Shown here: positions 40,701-54,724 of the stretch, piece by piece
Layout: each line of letters starts with the position of its first letter
Numbering within the stretch: the stretch's first letter is position 1
Origin: Auanema rhodensis
Taxonomy: Eukaryota > Animalia > Nematoda
Direction: 5' to 3'
DNA length: 64,000 nt
Assembly: GCA_964057225.1 (NCBI GenBank)
Contig: OZ059897.1
Span: 1,054,001-1,118,000 of the forward strand
Made by a program: the position numbers and the translations under genes
Notes under the pieces: generated by a model
Told to the model about the DNA's origin: nothing
The model's database searches: none
The model's input: the letters and a program-made list of their open reading frames with translations, nothing else

Positions 40701-43700
40701 ATTTTTTCGTTGAATAATAATGTCCATCGTCTTCGCCTTGAAAAAAGGAATCTAAAAACTTCTACTCTTCGTTAAATTATCTTGAAATTTTTCGGGAAAA
40801 TTTTTGTCAAAATGTTTTTGGAAGCAATGTTGAGTGTACATGGAAACTCAACATACACTAATGCATCATTTTTCAAACAATCATAAATAATTTTTGTATT
40901 GAGCGTTTCTCAATGTGGTATAGTGCATTCGAAACAAATGTTTAAGCTGCGTCGATCTGTGTTTTCAGATTTGCGCTAGCTTAAAAATGCACCGAGATAT
41001 CAACTGATATAAGTTCACACTTATATCCTCGATTTTCACCCTAAAGAATTAATTTTTTCGTTGAATAACATTGTCCATCGTTTTCGCCTTGAAAAAAGAA
41101 ATCTAAAAACATCTACTCTTCGTTAAATTATCTTGAAATTTTTCGGGAAAATTTTTGTCAAAATGTTTTTGGAAGCAATGTTGAGTGTACATGGAAACTC
41201 AACATACACTAATGCATCATTTTTCAAACAATCATAAATAATTTTTGTATTGAGCGTTTCTCAATGTGGTATAGTGCATTCGAAACAAATGTTTAAGCTG
41301 CGTCGATCTGTGTTATCAGATTTGCGCTAGCTTAAAAATGCACCGCGATATCAACTGATATAAGTTCACACTTATATCCTCGATTTTCACCCTGAAGAAT
41401 TAATTTTTTCGTTGAATAATAATGTCCATCGTCTTCGCCTTGAAAAAAGGAATCTAAAAACTTCTACTCTTCGTTAAATTATCTTGAAATTTTTCGGAAA
41501 AATTTTTGTCAAAATGTTTTTGGAAGCAATGTTGAGTGTACATGGAAACTCAACATACAATAATGCATCATTTTTCAAACAATCATAAATAATTTTTGTA
41601 TTGAGCGTTATTCAATGTAGTATAGTGCATTCGATGCGGATTTTTAAGCTGCGTCGATCTGTTTTATCAGATTTGCGCTAGCTTGAAAATGCACCGAGAT
41701 ATCAACTGATATAAGTTCACACTTATATCCTCGATTTTCACCCTGAAGAATTAATTTTTTCGTTGAATAACATTGTCCATCGTCTTTGCCTTGAAAAAAG
41801 GAATCCAAACACATATACTTTTCGTGAAATTATTTTGAAATATTTCGGGAAAATTTTTGTCAAAATGTTTTTGGAAGCAATGTTGAGTGTACATGGAAAC
41901 TCAACATACACTAATGCATCATTTTTCAAACGATCATAACTAATTTTTGTATTGAGCGTTTCTTAAAGTATTATAGTGCATTCGATACGGATTTTTAAGC
42001 TGCTTCGATCTGTGTTATCAGATTTGCGCTAGCTTAGAAATGCACCGAGATATCAACTGATATAAGTTCACACTTATATCCTCGATTTTCACCCTGAAGA
42101 ATTAATTTTTTCGTTGAATAACATTGTCCATCGTCTTTGCATTGAAAAAAGGAATCCAAACACATCTACTTTTCGTGAAATTATTTTGAAATTTTTCGGG
42201 AAAATTTTTGTCAAAATGTTTTTGGAAGCAATGTTGAGTGTACATGGAAACTCAACATACACTAATGCATCATTTTTCAAACGATCATGACTAATTTTTG
42301 TATTGAGCGTTTCTTAAAGTATTATAGTGCATTCGATGCGGATTTTTAAGCTGCGTCGATCTGTCTTATCCGATTTGCGCTAGCTTAAAAATGCACCGAG
42401 ATATCAACTGATATAAGTTCACACTTATATCCTCGATTTTCACCCTGAAGAATTAATTTTTTCGTTGAATAACATTGTCCATCGTCTTTGCCTTGAAAAA
42501 AGAAATCTAAAAACATCTACTTTTCGTAAAATTATCTTGAAATTTTTCAGGAAAATTTTTGTCAAAATGTTTTTGGAAGCAATGTTGAGTGTACATGGAA
42601 ACTCAACATACACTAATGCATCATTTTTCAAACAATCATAAATAATTTTTGTATTGAGCGTTTCTCAATGTAGTATAGTGCATTCGAAACGGATTTTTAA
42701 GCTGCGTCGATCTGTGTTATCAGATTTGCGCTAGCTTAAAAATGCACCGAGATATCAACTGATATAAGTTCACACTTATACCCTCGATTTTCACCCTGAA
42801 GAATTAATTTTTTCGTTGAATAACATTGTCCATCGTCTTTGCCTTGAAAAAAGGAATCCAAACACATCTACTTTTCGTGAAATTATTCTGAAATTTTTCG
42901 GGAAAATTTTTGTCAAAATGTTTTTGGAAGCAATGTTGAGTGTACATGGAAACTCAACATACACTAATGCATCATTTTTCAAACGATCATAACTAATTTT
43001 TGTATTGAGCGTTTCTTAAAGTATTATAGTGCATTCGATGCGGATTTTTAAGCTGCGTCGATCTGTCTTATCCGATTTGCGCTAGCTTAAAAATGCACCG
43101 AGATATCAGCTGATATAAGTTCACACTTATATCCTCGATTTTCACTCTGAAGAATTAATTTTTTCGTTGAATAACATTGTCCATCGTCTTCGCCTTAAAA
43201 AAAAGAATCTAAAAACATCTACTTTTTGTAAAATTATCTTGAAATTTTTTGGGGAAATTTTTGTCAAAATGTTTTTGGAAGCAATGTTGAGTGTACATGG
43301 AAACTCAACATACACTAATGCATCATTTTTCAAACAATCATAAATAATTTTTGTATTGAGCGTTTTTCAATGTAGTATGATGCATTCGATGCGGATTTTT
43401 AAGCTGCGTCGATCTGTGTTATCAGATTTGCGCTAGCTTAAAAATGCACCGAGATATCAACTGATATAAGTTCACACTTATACCCTCGATTTTCACCCTG
43501 AAGAATTAATTTTTTCGTTGAATAACATTGTCCATCGTCTTTGCCTTGAAAAAAGGAATCCAAACACATCTACTTTTCGTGAAATTATTCTGAAATTTTT
43601 CGGGAAAATTTTTGTCAAAATGTTTTTGGAAGCAATGTTGAGTGTACATGGAAACTCAACATACACTAATGCATCATTTTTCAAACGATCATAACTAATT

Positions 43701-46700
43701 TTTGTATTGAGCGTTTCTTAAAGTATTATAGTGCATTCGATGCGGATTTTTAAGCTGCGTCAATCTGTCTTATCCGATTTGCGCTAGCTTAAAAATGCAC
43801 CGAGATATCAACTGATATAAGTTCACACTTATACCCTCGATTTTCACCCTGAAGAATTAATTTTTTCGTTGAATAACATTGTCCATCGTCTTTGCCTTGA
43901 AAAAAGGAATCCAAACACATATACTTTTCGTGAAATTATTTTGAAATTTTTCGGGAAAATTTTTGTCAAAATGTTTTTGGAAGCAATGTTGAGTGTACAT
44001 GGAAACTCAACATACACTAATGCATCATTTTTCAAACGATCATAACTAATTTTTGTATTGAGCGTTTCTTAAAGTATTATAGTGCATTCGATACGGATTT
44101 TTAAGCTGCTTCGATCTGTGTTATCAGATTTGCGCTAGCTTAGAAATGCACCGAGATATCAACTGATATAAGTTCACACTTATATCCTCGATTTTCACCC
44201 TGAAGAATTAATTTTTTCGTTGAATAACATTGTCCATCGTCTTTGCATTGAAAAAAGGAATCCAAACACATCTACTTTTCGTGAAATTATTTTGAAATTT
44301 TTCGGGAAAATTTTTGTCAAAATGTTTTTGGAAGCAATGTTGAGTGTACATGGAAACTCAACATACACTAATGCATCATTTTTCAAACGATCATGACTAA
44401 TTTTTGTATTGAGCGTTTCTTAAAGTATTATAGTGCATTCGATACGGATTTTTAAGCTGCTTCGATCTGTGTTATCAGATTTGCGCTAGCTTAGAAATGC
44501 ACCGAGATATCAACTGATATAAGTTCACACTTATATCCTCGATTTTCACCCTGAAGAATTAATTTTTTTGTTGAATAACATTGTCCATCGTCTTTGCCTT
44601 GAAAAAAGGAATCCAAACACATCTACTTTTTGTGAAATTATTCTGAAATTTTTTGGGAAAATTTTTGTCAAAATGTTTTTGGAAGCAATGTTGAGTGTAC
44701 ATGGAAACTCAACATACACTAATGCATCATTTTTCAAACGATCATAACTAATTTTTGTATTGAGCGTTTCTTAAAGTATTATAGTGCATTCGATGCGGAT
44801 TTTTAAGCTGCGTCGATCTGTGTTTTCAGATTTGCACTAGCTTAAAAATGCACCGAGATATCAACTGATATAAGTTCACACTTATACCCTCGATTTTCAC
44901 CCTGAAGAATTAATTTTTTCGTTGAATAACATTGTCCATCGTCTTTGCCTTGAAAAAAGGAATCCAAACACATCTACTTTTCGTGAAATTATTCTGAAAT
45001 TTTTCGGGAAAATTTTTGTCAAAATGTTTTTGGAAGCAATGTTGAGTGTACATGGAAACTCAACATACACTAATGCATCATTTTTCAAACGATCATAACT
45101 AATTTTTGTATTGAGCGTTTCTTAAAGTATTATAGTGCATTCGATGCGGATTTTTAAGCTGCGTCGATCTGTCTTATCCGATTTGCGCTAGCTTAAAAAT
45201 GCACCGAGATATCAACTGATATAAGTTCACACTTATATCCTCGATTTTCACTCTGAAGAATTAATTTTTTCGTTGAATAACATTGTCCATCGTCTTCGCC
45301 TTAAAAAAAAGAATCTAAAAACATCTACTTTTTGTAAAATTATCTTGAAATTTTTTGGGGAAATTTTTGTCAAAATGTTTTTGGAAGCAATGTTGAGTGT
45401 ACATGGAAACTCAACATACACTAATGCATCATTTTTCAAACGATCATAACTAATTTTTGTATTGAGCGTTTCTTAAAGTATTATAGTGCATTCGATGCGG
45501 ATTTTTAAGCTGCGTCAATCTGTCTTATCCGATTTGCGCTAGCTTAAAAATGCACCGAGATATCAACTGATATAAGTTCACACTTATACCCTCGATTTTC
45601 ACCCTGAAGAATTAATTTTTTCGTTGAATAACATTGTCCATCGTCTTTGCCTTGAAAAAAGGAATCCAAACACATATACTTTTCGTGAAATTATTTTGAA
45701 ATTTTTCGGGAAAATTTTTGTCAAAATGTTTTTGGAAGCAATGTTGAGTGTACATGGAAACTCAACATACACTAATGCATCATTTTTCAAACGATCATAA
45801 CTAATTTTTGTATTGAGCGTTTCTTAAAGTATTATAGTGCATTCGATACGGATTTTTAAGCTGCTTCGATCTGTGTTATCAGATTTGCGCTAGCTTAGAA
45901 ATGCACCGAGATATCAACTGATATAAGTTCACACTTATATCCTCGATTTTCACCCTGAAGAATTAATTTTTTCGTTGAATAACATTGTCCATCGTCTTTG
46001 CATTGAAAAAAGGAATCCAAACACATCTACTTTTCGTGAAATTATTTTGAAATTTTTCGGGAAAATTTTTGTCAAAATGTTTTTGGAAGCAATGTTGAGT
46101 GTACATGGAAACTCAACATACACTAATGCATCATTTTTCAAACGATCATGACTAATTTTTGTATTGAGCGTTTCTTAAAGTATTATAGTGCATTCGATGC
46201 GGATTTTTAAGCTGCGTCGATCTGTCTTATCCGATTTGCGCTAGCTTAAAAATGCACCGAGATATCAACTGATATAAGTTCACACTTATATCCTCGATTT
46301 TCACCCTGAAGAATTAATTTTTTCGTTGAATAACATTGTCCATCGTCTTTGCCTTGAAAAAAGAAATCTAAAAACATCTACTTTTCGTAAAATTATCTTG
46401 AAATTTTTCAGGAAAATTTTTGTCAAAATGTTTTTGGAAGCAATGTTGAGTGTACATGGAAACTCAACATACACTAATGCATCATTTTTCAAACAATCAT
46501 AAATAATTTTTGTATTGAGCGTTTCTCAATGTAGTATAGTGCATTCGAAACGGATTTTTAAGCTGCGTCGATCTGTGTTATCAGATTTGCGCTAGCTTAA
46601 AAATGCACCGAGATATCAACTGATATAAGTTCACACTTATATCCTCGATTTTCACCCTGAAGAATTAATTTTTTCGTTGAATAATAATGTCCATCGTCTT

Positions 46701-49700
46701 CGCCTTGAAAAAAGGAATCTAAAAACTTCTACTCTTCGTTAAATTATCTTGAAATTTTTCGGGAAAATTTTTGTCAAAATGTTTTTGGAAGCAATGTTGA
46801 GTGTACATGGAAACTCAACATACACTAATGCATCATTTTTCAAACAATCATAAATAATTTTTGTATTGAGCGTTTCTTAATGTATTATAGTGCATTCGAT
46901 GCGGATTTTTAAGCTGCTTCGATCTGTGTTATCAGATTTGCGCTAGCTTAGAAATGCACCGAGATATCAACTGATATAAGTTCACACTTATATCCTCGAT
47001 TTTCACCCTGAAGAATTAATTTTTTCGTTGAATAACATTGTCCATCGTCTTCGCCTTGAAAATAGGAATTTAAAAACATCTACTTTTCGTGAAATTATTT
47101 TGAAATTTTTCGGGAAAATTTTTGTCAAAATGTTTTTGGAAGCAATGTTGAGTGTACATGGAAACTCAACATACACTAATGCATCATTTTTCAAACGATC
47201 ATAACTAATTTTTGTATTGAGCGTTTCTTAAAGTATTATAGTGCATTCGATGCGGATTTTTAAGCTGCGTCGATCTGTGTTTTCAGATTTGCACTAGCTT
47301 AAAAATGCACCGAGATATCAACTGATATAAGTTCACACTTATACCCTCGATTTTCACCCTGAAGAATTAATTTTTTCGTTGAATAACATTGTCCATCGTC
47401 TTTGCCTTGAAAAAAGGAATCCAAACACATCTACTTTTCCTGAAATTATTCTGAAATTTTTCGGGAAAATTTTTGTCAAAATGTTTTTGGAAGCAATGTT
47501 GAGTGTACATGGAAACTCAACATACACTAATGCATCATTTTTCAAACAATCATAAATAATTTTTGTATTGAGCGTTTTTCAATGTAGTATAATGCATTCG
47601 ATGCGGATTTTTAAGCTGCGTCGATCTGTGTTATCAGATTTGAGTTAGCTTAAAAATGCACCGAGATATCAACTGATATAAGTTCACACTTATATCCTCG
47701 ATTTTCACCCTGAAGAATTAATTTTTTCGTTGAAAAACATTGTCCATGGTCTTCGCCTTAAAAAAAGGAAATTAGAAACATTTACTTTCTGTAAAATTAT
47801 CTTGAAATTTTTCGGGATAATTTTTGTCAAAATGTTTTTGGAAGCAATGTTGAGTGTACATGGAAACTCAACATACACTAATGCATCATTTTTCAAACAA
47901 TCATAAATAATTTTTGTATTGAGCGTTTCTCAATGTTATATAGTGCATTCGATGCGGATTTTTAAGCTGCGTCGATCTGTGTTATTAGATTTGAGTTAGC
48001 TTAAAAATGCACCGAGATATCAACTGATATAAGTTCACACTTATATCCTCGATTTTCACCCTGAAGAATTAATTTTTTTGTTGAATAACATTGTCCATCG
48101 TCTTTGCCTTGAAAAAAGGAATCCAAACACATCTACTTTTTGTGAAATTATTCTGAAATTTTTTGGGAAAATTTTTGTCAAAATGTTTTTGGAAGCAATG
48201 TTGAGTGTACATGGAAACTCAACATACACTAATGCATCATTTTTCAAACGATCATAACTAATTTTTGTATTGAGCGTTTCTTAAAGTATTATAGTGCATT
48301 CGATGCGGATTTTTAAGCTGCGTCGATCTGTGTTTTCAGATTTGCACTAGCTTAAAAATGCACCGAGATATCAACTGATATAAGTTCACACTTATACCCT
48401 CGATTTTCACCCTGAAGAATTAATTTTTTCGTTGAATAACATTGTCCATCGTCTTTGCCTTGAAAAAAGGAATCCAAACACATCTACTTTTTGTGAAATT
48501 ATTCTGAAATTTTTCGGGAAAATTTTTGTCAAAATGTTTTTGGAAGCAATGTTGAGTGTACATGGAAACTCAACATACACTAATGCATCATTTTTCAAAC
48601 GATCATAACTAGTTTTTGTATTGAGCGTTTCTTAAAGTATTATAGTGCATTCGATGCGGATTTCTAAGCTGCTTCGATCTGTGTTATCAGATTTGCGCTA
48701 GCTTAAAAATGCACCGAGATATCAACTGATATAAGTTCACACTTATACCCTCGATTTTCACCCTGAAGAATTAATTTTTTCGTTGAATAACATTGTCCAT
48801 CGTCTTTGCCTTGAAAAAAGGAATCCAAACACATCTACTTTTCGTGAAATTATTCTGAAATTTTTCGGGAAAATTTTTGTCAAAATGTTTTTGGAAGCAA
48901 TGTTGAGTGTACATGGAAACTCAACATACACTAATGCATCATTTTTCAAACGATCATAACTAATTTTTGTATTGAGCGTTTCTTAAAGTATTATAGTGCA
49001 TTCGATGCGGATTTTTAAGCTGCGTCGATCTGTCTTATCCGATTTGCGCTAGCTTAAAAATGCACCGAGATATCAACTGATATAAGTTCACACTTATATC
49101 CTCGATTTTCACTCTGAAGAATTAATTTTTTCGTTGAATAACATTGTCCATCGTCTTCGCCTTGAAAAAAGAAATCTAAAAACATCTACTTTTCGTAAAA
49201 GTATCTTGAAATTTTTCAGGAAAATTTTTGTCAAAATGTTTTTGGAAGCAATGTTGAGTGTACATGGAAACTCAACATACACTAATGCATCATTTTTCAA
49301 ACGATCATAACTAATTTTTGTATTGAGCGTTTCTTAATGTTGTATAGTGCATTTGATGCGGATTTTTAAGCTGCGTCGATCTGTCTTATCCGATTTGCGC
49401 TAGCTTAAAAATGCACCGAGATATCAACTGATATAAGTTCACACTTGTATCCTCGATTTTCACCCTGAAGAATTAATTTTTTTGTTGAATAACATTGTCC
49501 ATCGTCTTTGCCTTGAAAAAAGGAATCCAAACACATCTACTTTTTGTGAAATTATTCTGAAATTTTTTGGGAAAATTTTTGTCAAAATGTTTTTGGAAGC
49601 AATGTTGAGTGTACATGGAAACTCAACATACACTAATGCATCATTTTTCAAACGATCATAACTAATTTTTGTATTGAGCGTTTCTTAAAGTATTATAGTG

Positions 49701-50512
49701 CATTCGATGCGGATTTTTAAGCTGCGTCGATCTGTGTTTTCAGATTTGCACTAGCTTAAAAATGCACCGAGATATCAACTGATATAAGTTCACACTTATA
49801 CCCTCGATTTTCACCCTGAAGAATTAATTTTTTCGTTGAATAACATTGTCCATCGTCTTTGCCTTGAAAAAAGGAATCCAAACACATCTACTTTTTGTGA
49901 AATTATTCTGAAATTTTTCGGGAAAATTTTTGTCAAAATGTTTTTGGAAGCAATGTTGAGTGTACATGGAAACTCAACATACACTAATGCATCATTTTTC
50001 AAACGATCATAACTAATTTTTGTATTGAGCGTTTCTTAAAGTATTATAGTGCATTCGATGCGGATTTCTAAGCTGCTTCGATCTGTGTTATCAGATTTGC
50101 GCTAGCTTAAAAATGCACCGAGATATCAACTGATATAAGTTCACACTTATACCCTCGATTTTCACCCTGAAGAATTAATTTTTTCGTTGAATAACATTGT
50201 CCATCGTCTTTGCCTTGAAAAAAGGAATCCAAACACATCTACTTTTCGTGAAATTATTCTGAAATTTTTCGGGAAAATTTTTGTCAAAATGTTTTTGGAA
50301 GCAATGTTGAGTGTACATGGAAACTCAACATACACTAATGCATCATTTTTCAAACGATCATAACTAATTTTTGTATTGAGCGTTTCTTAAAGTATTATAG
50401 TGCATTCGATGCGGATTTTTAAGCTGCGTCGATCTGTCTTATCCGATTTGCGCTAGCTTAAAAATGCACCGAGATATCAACTGATATAAGTTCACACTTA
50501 TATCCTCGATTT

Positions 50513-53500
50513 TCACTCTGAAGAATTAATTTTTTCGTTGAATAACATTGTCCATCGTCTTCGCCTTAAAAAAAAGAATCTAAAAACATCTACTTTTTGT
50601 AAAATTATCTTGAAATTTTTTGGGGAAATTTTTGTCAAAATGTTTTTGGAAGCAATGTTGAGTGTACATGGAAACTCAACATACACTAATGCATCATTTT
50701 TCAAACGATCATAACTAATTTTTGTATTGAGCGTTTCTTAAAGTATTATAGTGCATTCGATGCGGATTTTTAAGCTGCGTCAATCTGTCTTATCCGATTT
50801 GCGCTAGCTTAAAAATGCACCGAGATATCAACTGATATAAGTTCACACTTATACCCTCGATTTTCACCCTGAAGAATTAATTTTTTCGTTGAATAACATT
50901 GTCCATCGTCTTTGCCTTGAAAAAAGGAATCCAAACACATATACTTTTCGTGAAATTATTTTGAAATTTTTCGGGAAAATTTTTGTCAAAATGTTTTTGG
51001 AAGCAATGTTGAGTGTACATGGAAACTCAACATACACTAATGCATCATTTTTCAAACGATCATAACTAATTTTTGTATTGAGCGTTTCTTAAAGTATTAT
51101 AGTGCATTCGATACGGATTTTTAAGCTGCTTCGATCTGTGTTATCAGATTTGCGCTAGCTTAGAAATGCACCGAGATATCAACTGATATAAGTTCACACT
51201 TATATCCTCGATTTTCACCCTGAAGAATTAATTTTTTCGTTGAATAACATTGTCCATCGTCTTTGCATTGAAAAAAGGAATCCAAACACATCTACTTTTC
51301 GTGAAATTATTTTGAAATTTTTCGGGAAAATTTTTGTCAAAATGTTTTTGGAAGCAATGTTGAGTGTACATGGAAACTCAACATACACTAATGCATCATT
51401 TTTCAAACGATCATGACTAATTTTTGTATTGAGCGTTTCTTAAAGTATTATAGTGCATTCGATGCGGATTTTTAAGCTGCGTCGATCTGTCTTATCCGAT
51501 TTGCGCTAGCTTAAAAATGCACCGAGATATCAACTGATATAAGTTCACACTTATATCCTCGATTTTCACCCTGAAGAATTAATTTTTTCGTTGAATAACA
51601 TTGTCCATCGTCTTTGCCTTGAAAAAAGAAATCTAAAAACATCTACTTTTCGTAAAATTATCTTGAAATTTTTCAGGAAAATTTTTGTCAAAATGTTTTT
51701 GGAAGCAATGTTGAGTGTACATGGAAACTCAACATACACTAATGCATCATTTTTCAAACAATCATAAATAATTTTTGTATTGAGCGTTTCTCAATGTAGT
51801 ATAGTGCATTCGAAACGGATTTTTAAGCTGCGTCGATCTGTGTTATCAGATTTGCGCTAGCTTAAAAATGCACCGAGATATCAACTGATATAAGTTCACA
51901 CTTATATCCTCGATTTTCACCCTGAAGAATTAATTTTTTCGTTGAATAATAATGTCCATCGTCTTCGCCTTGAAAAAAGGAATCTAAAAACTTCTACTCT
52001 TCGTTAAATTATCTTGAAATTTTTCGGGAAAATTTTTGTCAAAATGTTTTTGGAAGCAATGTTGAGTGTACATGGAAACTCAACATACACTAATGCATCA
52101 TTTTTCAAACAATCATAAATAATTTTTGTATTGAGCGTTTCTTAATGTATTATAGTGCATTCGATGCGGATTTTTAAGCTGCTTCGATCTGTGTTATCAG
52201 ATTTGCGCTAGCTTAGAAATGCACCGAGATATCAACTGATATAAGTTCACACTTATATCCTCGATTTTCACCCTGAAGAATTAATTTTTTCGTTGAATAA
52301 CATTGTCCATCGTCTTTGCCTTGAAAATAGGAATTTAAAAACATCTACTTTTCGTGAAATTATTCTGAAATTTTTCGGGAAAATTTTTGTCAAAATGTTT
52401 TTGGAAGCAATGTTGAGTGTACATGGAAACTCAACATACACTAATGCATCATTTTTCAAACGATCATAACTAATTTTTGTATTGAGCGTTTCTTAAAGTA
52501 TTATAGTGCATTCGATGCGGATTTTTAAGCTGCGTCGATCTGTCTTATCCGATTTGCGCTAGCTTAAAAATGCACCGAGATATCAACTGATATAAGTTCA
52601 CACTTATATCCTCGATTTTCACTCTGAAGAATTAATTTTTTCGTTGAATAACATTGTCCATCGTCTTCGCCTTAAAAAAAAGAATCTAAAAACATCTACT
52701 TTTTGTAAAATTATCTTGAAATTTTTTGGGGAAATTTTTGTCAAAATGTTTTTGGAAGCAATGTTGAGTGTACATGGAAACTCAACATACACTAATGCAT
52801 CATTTTTCAAACGATCATAACTAATTTTTGTATTGAGCGTTTCTTAAAGTATTATAGTGCATTCGATGCGGATTTTTAAGCTGCGTCAATCTGTCTTATC
52901 CGATTTGCGCTAGCTTAAAAATGCACCGAGATATCAACTGATATAAGTTCACACTTATACCCTCGATTTTCACCCTGAAGAATTAATTTTTTCGTTGAAT
53001 AACATTGTCCATCGTCTTTGCCTTGAAAAAAGGAATCCAAACACATATACTTTTCGTGAAATTATTTTGAAATTTTTCGGGAAAATTTTTGTCAAAATGT
53101 TTTTGGAAGCAATGTTGAGTGTACATGGAAACTCAACATACACTAATGCATCATTTTTCAAACGATCATAACTAATTTTTGTATTGAGCGTTTCTTAAAG
53201 TATTATAGTGCATTCGATACGGATTTTTAAGCTGCTTCGATCTGTGTTATCAGATTTGCGCTAGCTTAGAAATGCACCGAGATATCAACTGATATAAGTT
53301 CACACTTATATCCTCGATTTTCACCCTGAAGAATTAATTTTTTCGTTGAATAACATTGTCCATCGTCTTTGCATTGAAAAAAGGAATCCAAACACATCTA
53401 CTTTTCGTGAAATTATTTTGAAATTTTTCGGGAAAATTTTTGTCAAAATGTTTTTGGAAGCAATGTTGAGTGTACATGGAAACTCAACATACACTAATGC

Positions 53501-54724
53501 ATCATTTTTCAAACGATCATGACTAATTTTTGTATTGAGCGTTTCTTAAAGTATTATAGTGCATTCGATGCGGATTTTTAAGCTGCGTCGATCTGTCTTA
53601 TCCGATTTGCGCTAGCTTAAAAATGCACCGAGATATCAACTGATATAAGTTCACACTTATATCCTCGATTTTCACCCTGAAGAATTAATTTTTTCGTTGA
53701 ATAACATTGTCCATCGTCTTTGCCTTGAAAAAAGAAATCTAAAAACATCTACTTTTCGTAAAATTATCTTGAAATTTTTCAGGAAAATTTTTGTCAAAAT
53801 GTTTTTGGAAGCAATGTTGAGTGTACATGGAAACTCAACATACACTAATGCATCATTTTTCAAACAATCATAAATAATTTTTGTATTGAGCGTTTCTCAA
53901 TGTAGTATAGTGCATTCGAAACGGATTTTTAAGCTGCGTCGATCTGTGTTATCAGATTTGCGCTAGCTTAAAAATGCACCGAGATATCAACTGATATAAG
54001 TTCACACTTATATCCTCGATTTTCACCCTGAAGAATTAATTTTTTCGTTGAATAATAATGTCCATCGTCTTCGCCTTGAAAAAAGGAATCTAAAAACTTC
54101 TACTCTTCGTTAAATTATCTTGAAATTTTTCGGGAAAATTTTTGTCAAAATGTTTTTGGAAGCAATGTTGAGTGTACATGGAAACTCAACATACACTAAT
54201 GCATCATTTTTCAAACAATCATAAATAATTTTTGTATTGAGCGTTTCTTAATGTATTATAGTGCATTCGATGCGGATTTTTAAGCTGCTTCGATCTGTGT
54301 TATCAGATTTGCGCTAGCTTAGAAATGCACCGAGATATCAACTGATATAAGTTCACACTTATATCCTCGATTTTCACCCTGAAGAATTAATTTTTTCGTT
54401 GAATAACATTGTCCATCGTCTTTGCCTTGAAAATAGGAATTTAAAAACATCTACTTTTCGTGAAATTATTTTGAAATTTTTCGGGAAAATTTTTGTCAAA
54501 ATGTTTTTGGAAGCAATGTTGAGTGTACATGGAAACTCAACATACACTAATGCATCATTTTTCAAACGATCATAACTAATTTTTGTATTGAGCGTTTCTT
54601 AAAGTATTATAGTGCATTCGATGCGGATTTTTAAGCTGCGTCGATCTGTGTTTTCAGATTTGCACTAGCTTAAAAATGCACCGAGATATCAACTGATATA
54701 AGTTCACACTTATACCCTCGATTT
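50513..54724 (+). repeat. 6-monomer higher-order repeat x2 (2106-bp period), with a third copy at 45248-47353
   Basis: The variant order is the same at 45248, 50513 and 52619, marked by gcgtcaatc, gatacgg, tttgcattg/catgact and gaaaatagg alleles. Confidence 0.88.
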